The notes below the pieces were generated by a model. The model worked only from the letters and a program-made list of their open reading frames with translations, did not search any database and was not told the DNA's origin. A DNA stretch of 64,000 bases from Octopus sinensis (Eukaryota). A program made the translations under genes and the position numbers. The first letter of the stretch is position 1; each line of letters begins with the position of its first letter. This document shows positions 12,821 to 23,701 of the stretch, one piece after another. Where the stretch lies: the NCBI RefSeq assembly GCF_006345805.1, contig NC_043004.1:74896001-74960000 (forward strand). Reading direction: 5' to 3'.

Positions 12821-13142
12821 TCTATTAGGTGAGGAATATGGGGGGAGGCAGTGAGTGAGAGGGAGGGGCTGGAGGAGCCATATACTAAAGAGAAAAAGGT
12901 CCAAGGGTGCTGAGAAGTCACCTGTGCTCTCCCCACCAGAAAAACAAAATGACTCGTTTTTTTTCTCTGAGTTTTGCAAGAATCACAGCTTTTTGAATAT
13001 TTTAAATGTTTTCAAAATTGTCCAATGGAAATTTAGTGTTCTTTGTGTTGCTGGAATGTAAAAGGGTTTCAGGGGAGTTTGTTCGTCCACATCAGGAGAG
13101 GTAGATGCATATGGCTCAATGTCTTTAGCTGGGCTTTATGAC

Positions 13143-13397
13143 TCAGTGATCCCCCCTTGTTACTAAATCTGCCGTATCTCTCTCCGTATCCTCCGTCGGG
13201 TCAAGAGCTTTCGATGTCATTAGAGTCACATAAAGGTTCTCCTTTTTAGCTTTCTTATCTTTAGGACTTCCGGGTGGTTTCTCATCTGTTTTTGATGGTT
13301 TCAGTTCTTTTGCTGGTGTATCCATTCCAAACATTGGGTTGCTGAAATTTGTTGGTGTCGTAGGATCTGGTAAGCTGTATTCATTTTCAATTGAGGC
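13143..13397 (-). CDS. LRP2: LRP2-like terminal coding exon
   Basis: ttgcag|GCC, phase 0, to TGA at 13145-13143; [23 protein letters not shown]...KPPGSP...[17 protein letters not shown]. Confidence 0.93.
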   Translation of the reverse strand, partial: ASIENEYSLPDPTTPTNFSNPMFGMDTPAKELKPSKTDEKPPGSPKDKKAKKENLYVTLMTSKALDPTEDTERDTADLVTRGDH

Positions 13398-16118
13398 CTG
13401 CAATGTGAGAGAAAAGAACTTATATGTAAAAGATTTGTACATTATGGAAAGAAATATAATCAAACAGACTTTTAAATACTGCACTTCATGTGTGTAGATG
13501 GAAACTGCAAGGAAGCCTGTCACATATATGTATTATAATTAGTTTATTTGTCCTTGTTGATCTTGTTGACCAAGGACATTACATGGGAGAGAAAACAGGA
13601 CATGGTGTGTCTGGCTGTGGCTGACCAGTCCAATGCATGCTCAGAAGGTTCTGCTGAGCCTGAAGGCAAGGAGTTGGCACTGGACTTGAGCAGTTCACGT
13701 TTACTTCATGCCCTTGCAATCCTGTTCTGATTGTAAGGGGTAGTACCTCTGCTGGTGCCACTATACCAGGCAGGACTTGTGCTTGTGTCCCCCAGGGGTC
13801 AGAGTTGATCCCAAAGCTCTTCAGTGAGGCTTTGAGTCAATTCTTGAAGTGCTTTTTCTCTCTACCTTACATGTGCTTGTATTCCACCAGTTTGCTATAA
13901 AACAATCCCTTGAGAAATCATGTGTCATGCATTCAAACAAGGTGGCCTGCCCACCGGACTTATGTACTCCTTGAAAGTGTGTAAATGCTTGGCAGATCAG
14001 CTTGAGAGAGGACCTCTGTGTCAGGTGATTTTCTACAGCTTTCTCGGGCAGTTCATGTACAAGCAGATCAACTTTTTGGCATGGTGTAAGTGACCAAGTT
14101 GACAATGTTAGCTGACACTTCATCAATTATGAGTGATTCAGTTGATCGGATCAATGGAACAGCCTGCTTATGAAATTAATGTGCAAGTGGCTGAGTACTC
14201 CACATACACAGATACACTTCACATAGTTGTCAGGCAGATTCAGTGTGACAAGGCTAGCTCTTTGAAATACAGGTACAACTAATTTTTACCAGCAGAATGG
14301 ACTGGAGTAATGTGAAGTAAAGTGTCTTGCTGAAGGACACAGCATGAGATGAACTCAGGACCTTATGATTGCAAGCTGAATACCCTAATCACTAAGCCAT
14401 GCACCTTAACTGACAGTGTTGCCCCTGATGGGACACCTGCCTGTTGCTGAGTGGCAGCAATGTGAAATGATATGTTTTGCTGGTTTAGGAAACAAAACCA
14501 GGTTTTGTGGCCAGGTGCAGCACGTTAGCAATTAGGCCACCACGGGCCTTCGTTATGAATACAGGAAACAAAGAAGCAGATTAAAGTTCAATACTCACAA
14601 TCTCCATTTCTGCTGCATTTTCATAATTTGGGGAATCAATTTGGATGTTTCCATTGTCACGGTAAGCTACGACTCCTGAAGGATCATGGGGCTCATCTTG
14701 ACCCCTAGAGAACAAACCCATGGAAAATATCCTACGCAGTTTGGAAATAAAATAATGTAAAATTGAATTCAATTAAATGAAGTAGTAAAAATGTGATAAA
14801 TGGAAAACAAACAAACAAACAAGAAACCAATTTTAATGAAGTGTGGTTCAGATTATTTTCCAACCAACAACATGGTTTGGGGTTCAGTCCCATTGCATGG
14901 CACCTTGGTCAAGTGTCTTCTGCTAAAGTTCCAGGCCAACGAAAGCCTTGTGAGAGGATTTGTTTGATGGAAACTTAAAGAAGGTTGTCACGTATACAAA
15001 CACACACACACACACACACAGAGCTGTTCATAAGCCCATAAAAAGCACACTGTAAATAACCTTTTGAGCAATAATATTTAAAGTAGTCGTTAGTTATGGC
15101 TGATTAGAAAGTTACCATAGGTTTCATGCCTCTTATGCTCTTAGCAATATCAGTAACACATCAGACCTACTGACCAGAGACACATAACTTCTTTCCCGAT
15201 GGAGGTAAGAATACAGTATTGGTCCGCCAGGGTTGTGAAAAGCCCTGAAATAAAATTCTTTGGAGCAAAATCCCTTCTGTGCAAGATGGTGTTATCTCAT
15301 TTTGACCAGTTCCATGTGGGTCCAAAAAGAGTCAATTTATGTATGATTTCTGTTCACTCATAAGAAAGTCCTTCTTTTCCGGATTGGTTTGCTTCTTGGC
15401 ATCTTTTTGGCCTTGAGTCTAAAGTCACTAATAACTAGTCTATACTGTGGGGAGGGGAGTACATTCTTCACCAGGGAGGGTCTTCGGATTTAAGAGCAAC
15501 CATGCATCCCAATATATAGGCAGAAATAGAAGTTGAAAATACACTGAAAATAGTTAAAATATTCTTTATTATTATATTTAAAGATTTAACCAGTTTCACA
15601 GTTTACATTGATTTTTCAAAATCAGTGTAAACTGTGAAACCGGTTAAGTCTTTAAATATAATGGTAAAAAATATTTAAACTATTTTCAGTGTATTTTCAA
15701 CTTCTATTTTGCCTATACATATATATATATATAAAATTAAAATTAAAATGAGGGTGTTAAATTGGATATTAATTTGCTAACATCAATTTAACAACAGTGG
15801 TCTAGCATATAAAAAAACTGAGGTTCAGTAAATAGTATTACATACATGTAAAAGGGAATTACCACTATGTGGAAACCCTTATGCTAGAAGAAGATCCACT
15901 ATAGCCTTACCATTAAGAATTGTTCTCTAGAAAATTTAGCAAACACCAGAAATGCAAAATATAGATCCATATTTTTGTTACTTTTCATTTGTCTTGTTCG
16001 CTTACGTTTCTGGTGTTTGCTAAATTTTCTAGAGAACAATTCTTAGTGGTAAGACCATAGCGGATCTTCTTCTAGTGTAAGGGTTTCCACATAGTGGTAA
16101 TTCCCTCTTATATGTATG

Positions 16119-16204
<86 letters not shown>

Positions 16205-17386
16205 GCATGAATATATGCCTGTGTATGTGTGTGTGTGTGAGCATGTGTGTTTGTGTCCTTTTCTTGATACTGTGCGATTGTTGTAAGTGATTTATCCATT
16301 TCAAATATTCTGTGAATTCATCTCTGAGTTCTTGTTGAGTCTTGTTAAATATTCTTACCTGCGTTTTTTAATGAGTAAATAACCAACCAGGATCAAGCCT
16401 CCCATGATCAGCAGTAGAACAACAGGAACTGTAATTGCCGTGACCTCTGTTTAACAAAAGAAAACAAAATGAAAGAGATAAATATTTTGAATATTAGTTC
16501 CATCTTTGGATTTGGTTTGCAAGATTTTTGATGTGATGGCAGTGACCTCTGACTGGCTCCTGTGTTGGTGGTATGTAAAAAGCACCATCTGAACATGGTT
16601 GATGTCAGGGCCACCTGACAGGCTCCTGTGCCAGTGGAATATAAAAAGCACTCACTACAGTCTTGGAGTGGTAGACATTAGGAAGGGCATCCACCCATAG
16701 AAACATTGCCAGATTAAATTGGGACCTGATGCAGCCACTGGCTCTCCAGACCTCAGTCAAACCATCCAACCTATGCCAGCATGGAAAACGGACGTTAAAC
16801 AATGTTGATGATACATATATACATACATATATATATATATGTATGTATGTATGGGGTGGGCTTCTTTCAACCAAATTCGCCCATAAGGCTTTGGTCGGCC
16901 CAGAACTACAGTAGAAAACTAGGTACCATGAAGTAGGACTGAACCTGATACCAAATGGTCGGGAACAAGTTTCTCAATAGAAAGCAGTGGTGTGTGTCTA
17001 TAAATATGAGCACCTGTACGCACACACACACACAAAATAAGCTTCCATATAGCTTCCATCTATTAAATTCCTTTTACAACTTGCGTGTGCTGTGCAGTGA
17101 GATTGAACTCAAAACCACATGGTTGTGAAGTGAATCACTTAGCCACAATGTCATGCATCATGCTTGCATCATTTATTTTAATTAAGAAGCTTCGTTAAGA
17201 ATTATAATAGCAAATACTTACTGGTAGATCTGAGGGCACTCAAGAGGCCCCTGGAAGTCATAAGCGAACAATCCACACCATAATAGCCTTGAAAATAAAA
17301 TATATTCATTAAGAAAAAGAAATATATATATATATATCATCATCATCGTCATTGTCTTCTAACATCCAGCTTCCATGCTGCTTTGG

Positions 17387-17426
<40 letters not shown>

Positions 17427-18760
17427 ACACACACACACACAGTGTGTATATATATATATATATATGAAAGAAGGTTTGAAAATACAATTTTAAAAGATGT
17501 TTATTCACTTGACCGGGTTTCACTTTTTTAGAAAAAGATTGTCAAAAGTAAAATGTGAAGCTTTGCATAAGCTTTGTTGTGTTAAGAACTGGTTATCACA
17601 AAAGTATTAAAATACAGATATACATTCTTTGAAAATAATAAGGAAATGTTAAAAACAGGTTACAAGATTTTTCCTTGTAAACTGTTTTTAACATTTTTTT
17701 ATTATTATCAAAGAATGTATATATGTATTTTAATACTTTTGTGACAACCTGTACTTAATACAACAAAACTTTTACATTTTACTTTTGACAATCTTTTTCT
17801 AAAAATGTGAAAACGGTCAAGTGAATAAATATCTTTTAAAATTGCATTTTCAAATCTTCTTTCATATATATATATATATATATCATCATCATCGTTGTCG
17901 TCTTCTAACATCCAGCTTCCATGCTGCTTTGGGCATGCACACACACACATGCATACACACACACACACACACATATACAAAGTATGGGGGCTTAGTTCAC
18001 AGGTGATCTAAGCAAATAGGTACCCACATGGATCTATGCAGGATTGTACTTATGGACTTATTTCTACAACATCGGAAAGTTAAACTGCAAACTTTTATGC
18101 TTCTTTTTTCTTCTCTCTCTTCATCTCCTTATTCCTTTACTCATGTCTTCTTTGTCATCATTTCATTAATCTATACCCTTCTCATTTTCCCTATTTGTCT
18201 CTGATGATGGAATATCTCAGAAACAGCTGTAAGACTTTGAATATTTTCCCAATAATAATAGATTGAGGCCATGCTGGGGCACCACCTTGGAGAATTTTAG
18301 TTGAATGAATCAACTCCAAAATATAATCCTTTTTTTAAAGCCTGATACTTCTTCTAATGAACCCTTTGCTGAACTGCTAAGTTATGGGGATGTAAACAAA
18401 CCAACATAAATCATCAAGCAGTGGTGGGGACAAACACGTGCACACACACACACACACACACATAGAATGGGATTCCTTCAGTTTCTGTCTACCAAATCTA
18501 CTGATAAGGCTTTGGTCAGCCCAAGGCAATAGGAGAAGACATTTGCCCAAGTTGCCATGCAGTGGGACTGAACCTGAAACCATGTGGTTAGGAAGCAAGC
18601 TTCTTAACCATACAGCCATACCTGTGCCTATGCAATCAAATATGGTGGGTCTTTCAGTGATTGTCCATCATCTCTGAATTCCATGTAATCATATTCTTTA
18701 TGCACTTGCTGTGGCACCACAGAGAGAGAGAGAGAGAGAGAGAGGTAGAGAGAGAGAGAG

Positions 18761-18801
<41 letters not shown>

Positions 18802-18908
18802 GAAAGAGAGAGAGAGAGTATCAATTCTGCTTTGGGAGCTGCGTCCTTGGATACTGGGGTTGCCGAGTGAAATATTCAGCATGTGTGTGTTTTGTGTGTG
18901 TGTGTGTA

Positions 18909-18946
<38 letters not shown>

Positions 18947-19222
18947 TGTGTGTGTGTGTGTGTGTGTGTTTGTGTGTGGTGTGTGTAATTGTGTGTTTTG
19001 TGTGTTTGTTTATGTGATTGTGTGTGGTTATGTATAATTGATTGTGTACATGTGTATGACTGTATGTATGTGATGTGTAACTATGTGTGTGTGTGGACTG
19101 TGTGTGTAATTGTATGTATGTTTTGTGTTGTATGTTTAAGTGATTGTGTGTGATTATGTATGTGTGTGTGTGTGTTTGTGTATGTGTGTGACTGTGTGGT
19201 CGTGTGTGAGTGTATGTATGTG

Positions 19223-19270
<48 letters not shown>

Positions 19271-20933
19271 ATGTGTGTACATGAAGTATTTTGTCAGCAA
19301 TAATTCTTACCTTCCTTGCAGTGGCAGATGTAAGTTCCATTGCTTCCTCGAATACAAGAACCACCATGGTAACAAATACACATGGGCAATTTCCGGGGCA
19401 CTTCAAATGCTAATGAGGGTTGTAAGAAAGGAAATACAGAAAAGAAGCTAAACCTTGAGATGTCATGAGAAAGATCAACAGCTGAAGAACTTTTAATATC
19501 ACATTTATTTATTTACTGCAGGACACCTACCCCTGCTCCACCACAACTCTTATCTCTCATCCACTGGCTCAAAGCCACTAAACCCCTCACTCCTACTCCC
19601 TCTCCCACTTTGTCTTGCTAGTTACTTAGCAACCATGTTGGTGCTGGTGCCACATAAAAAGCACAGGTGCTGGTGCCACATGAGAAGTGTCAATGCTGGT
19701 CCCACATAAAAAGCACAGGTGCTGGTGCCACGTAACAAGCACAGGTGCTGGTGCCACGTAACAAGCACAGGTGCTGGTGCCACATATAAAGCACAGGTGC
19801 TGGTGCCACGTAACAAGCACAGGTGCTGGTGCCACATATAAAGCACAGGTGCTGGTGCCACATAAGAAAAGCACTGGTGCCACATAAAAAGCACAGGTGC
19901 TGGTGCCACGTAACAAGCACAGGTGCTGGTGCCACGTAACAAGCACAGGTGCTGGTGCCACATATAAAGCACAGGTGCTGGTGCCACATATAAAGCACAG
20001 GTGCTGGTGCCACATAAGAAAAGCACTGGTGCCACATAAAAAGCACAGGTACTGGTGCCACATGAGAAGTGTCAATGCTGGTGCCACATAAAAAGCACAG
20101 GTGCTGGTGCCACGTAACAAGCACAGGTGCTGGTGCCACATATAAAGCACAGGTGCTGGTGCCACATAAGAAAAGCACTGGTGCCACATAAAAAGCACAG
20201 GTACTGGTGCCACATGAGAAGTGTCAATGCTGGTGCCACATAAAAAGCACAGGTGCTGGTGCCACGTAACAAGCACAGGTGCTGGTGCCACATATAAAGC
20301 ACAGGTGCTGGTGCCACATAAGAAAAGCACTGGTGCCACATAAAAAGCACAGGTACTGGTGCCACATGAGAAGTGTCAATGCTGGTGCCACATAAAAAGC
20401 ACAGGTGCTGGTGCCACGTAACAAGCACAGGTGCTGGTGCCACATATAAAGCACAGGTGCTGGTGCCACATATAAAGCACAGGTGCTGGTGCCACATAAG
20501 AAAAGCACTGGTGCCACGTAAAAAGTACTGGAGCTGTTGCCATGTAAAAAGCAGCCAATACACTCTGTAAAGTGGTTGGTGTTAGGAAAGGCATCTGGTT
20601 GTAGAAACTCTGCCAAAACAGACAATGGAGCCTGGTACTCATTTTATTGACCCTGGAAGGGATGAAATTCAAAGTTGACCTTGGCAGAGTTTGAACTCAG
20701 AATGTAAAACGGACAAAATTCAGTAAAGAATTTTACCCAGCATGCTAATGATTCTGCCATCTCATTGCCTTTTTAAAAAAATGATAACATTAATTTCTAA
20801 CTAAAGCACAAGTCCACATATTTAGAGGTGAGCATATAATTATATACTCTATTGGCTGGCTGTTCACAATTCTATCACCTCAACCATTACATTTCAACTA
20901 TTAGTATGTTCATTAATGTTACCATATATATAT

Positions 20934-20975
<42 letters not shown>

Positions 20976-21176
20976 TATATAGAAGGAGCTTCTACAGGAC
21001 TAGAACTGTTTCATTCAAGAGAAATCATCAGGAAGCTCAAGGAGCTTCCTGATTATTTCTCTTGAATGAAACAGTTTCTAGTCCTGTAGAAGCTCCTTCT
21101 ATATAATAAATTAATTTTACTCTGCTATGTATTGAGTACCTTATTACTGTGGTTAACCCCGAATCAACCTGGGACC

Positions 21177-21214
<38 letters not shown>

Positions 21215-21577
21215 CAATAAGATTCAAGTTAATTTAAATGAATTTACTGAATATGGTACCTAACTTAGATGCACCAAAAAACTATACTGTTTTAACAATA
21301 CAGTAATGTGGGGTGATTATAAGCGAGAAAGAAGCAACAAGAATGGATAGGTTTTTTGTACTAAAAACCTATCCATTCTTGTTGCTTCTTTCTCGCGTAT
21401 ATATATATATATATTATGGACTCTTCCATAATATGGATACCAGTTATGAAACACCAGCAATGGGCCTGACTGTGATCTCACTTGACTTGACAGGTCTTCT
21501 CAAGCATGGTGTATTGTCAAAGGTCTTGATCACTTGTCACTGCCCGCCTGAGGCCTAAAGTTCAAAGGGTGCTCTTT

Positions 21578-21612
<35 letters not shown>

Positions 21613-21747
21613 CATATATATTGAGGTAAAAAGTCGTCAGAATTTAAAAAAAAATCTTTTTATTTCTTCATTATGTGCTAATTAATGATAATGAAGAAAT
21701 AAAAAGTTTTTTTCTGAAAATTCAATTTCTGTGCAACACACCCTAGC

Positions 21748-21844
<97 letters not shown>

Positions 21845-23426
21845 TATGTATATATAAGTATATTATATATATATATATATAGTATATTTATGTATATGTG
21901 TATATATATATATATATCTTTATATATATGTATATATAAATATATATATATATATATGTATATATAAGTATATAAAGTATATTTATGTATATGTGTATAT
22001 ATCATCATCATCGTTTAACGTCCGTTCTCCATGCTAGCATGGGTTTAGATGTATATATATGGGATGAGTAGTAATGGTGTTAGTGAGATCCAAAGGTGTC
22101 AGGTAATGCTAATAAGTGCTATGGACAGACCATAGTTAAGTTCCGGGTTCGGTGATTATGCGAATAAGGGGTCCAACTTAGGTCATATATCAGCATGTGT
22201 ATATAACATTTTTTTTTCCGTAATGAGATAACAAACTAAGGCTGTGTAGATTTTAGAATATTTATAAATATTTATAAATGTTCTAAAATCTACACAGCCT
22301 TGGTTTATTATCTCATTATGGAAAAAAAAAATGTTATACCATCATCATCATCGTTTAACGTACGCTTTCCATGCTAGCATGGGTTGGACGATTTTGACTG
22401 TGGGCTAGCGAGCCAAATGGCTGCACCAGGCTCCAATCTTGATCTGGCAGAGTTTCTACAGCTGGATGCCCTTCCTAACGCCATTAAATATCTTTTATTG
22501 TTTGTCTTTTACTAGATTCAGTCATTAGACTGTGGCCATGCTGGGGCACCACCTTGAATGATTTTATTTCAATGAATTGAGCCTAGTACTTACATTTTAA
22601 AAAACCTGGCCCTTATTCTATTAGCCTCTGTTATGGAGGATATATAAACAAACCAACACCAGTTGTCAAGTGGTGGTGAAGGACAAACACAGACACAAAG
22701 ACATGAACACACGCACACACAAACACACACACACACGCACACGCACACACACACACACGCACACACACACACAAAGGGCTTCTTCCAGATTCCATCTACC
22801 AAATGCAACGAGAAGGCTTTAGTTGGCCTGAGGGTAGAGTAGGAGATGCATTCCAGAGGTGCCACACAGTGGGACTGAACCCGGAACCGTGAAGTTGGGG
22901 AGTAAAATTGTTACCATACAGCTACTTCCGCACACCTATATAACTATCGATAATTTACCTGATTAATTTCAGGGGCCATATTAATACAAAGGTTTTCCTA
23001 TATGGTTCCAATTAATCCATATCACTAATTATGCATCATTTAATACTAATGATTATAAATATTAATTATTTTTTAATATTAATTTATTCAATATTAATTA
23101 TAATTAAAAAAATTAGCTTAATCACAAAAATGCTATTCTTACCTGCATCACACATTGTAGTGGACCCTTCAATAAACTTAGAGCCATCAGGACATGCGCA
23201 CCGATAACCCTTTGGAATCAGGAGGCAGAGGTGGCTGCATGTCTTTTCTGAAGCACATTCGCTTGTGACTACACAAAACAAACACAAAATAACAAACGTC
23301 TGTATGTAACTAGAAGCTGATTTATATATAAATAAATGTTGGTTGGTTGGTTGGTTGGCTGGTTGGTTTGATGGTTGGTCGAGCGATTTCTTCTGACTTA
23401 CATTACATTGTATAGAAAGAAGAACA

Positions 23427-23485
<59 letters not shown>

Positions 23486-23653
23486 GAGAGGGAGAGAGTC
23501 AGCATGAGGAGTTCAAGATGAGCATGCATGCTAGGCTTGGTGACAGGCAATGAATAAAAAAACCCACTATGCATACATACACAGTGAAAGAGAGAAATTC
23601 AGGGAAGATGGAGGAAGAGAGAATGGAAGGGAGAGAACAGGGAAGGAGGGAGG

Positions 23654-23701
<48 letters not shown>

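Larger units (their letters stand above)
20972..21109. repeat. Near-perfect 138-bp palindrome carrying two hammerhead motifs
   Basis: ttattatatagaaggagcttc...caggaagctc aag gagcttcctg...gaagctccttctatataataa. Confidence 0.95.

Noticed and set aside
13398-14598. Hidden extra LRP2 tail exon carrying NPxY
   Set aside because: The flanking exons join in phase 0 without it, the intron is occupied by an RTE-BovB remnant and a SINE, and no NPxY exon was found.
16532-16551. Duplicate of the TM exon start (a second VTAIT on the minus strand)
   Set aside because: It is not followed by a hydrophobic helix or donor and lies at the edge of an RTE-3'UTR repeat; most likely coincidence.
19644-20527. CRISPR-like repeat-spacer array
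   Set aside because: The constant part is only 10 bp, linkers are 12-16 bp and reused, there are no cas genes, the context is eukaryotic, and the units derive from the flanking RTE 3'UTR motif.
19622-20672. Overlapping [13 protein letters not shown] ORFs
   Set aside because: Translation of the 26-bp minisatellite.
21317-21398. Hammerhead in this palindrome
   Set aside because: No CUGANGA or GAAA core on either strand.
21682-22011. [12 protein letters not shown] and His-rich ORFs here and at 16029, 18876, 28607, 31716, 37752 and 50382
   Set aside because: Dinucleotide and trinucleotide microsatellite translations.
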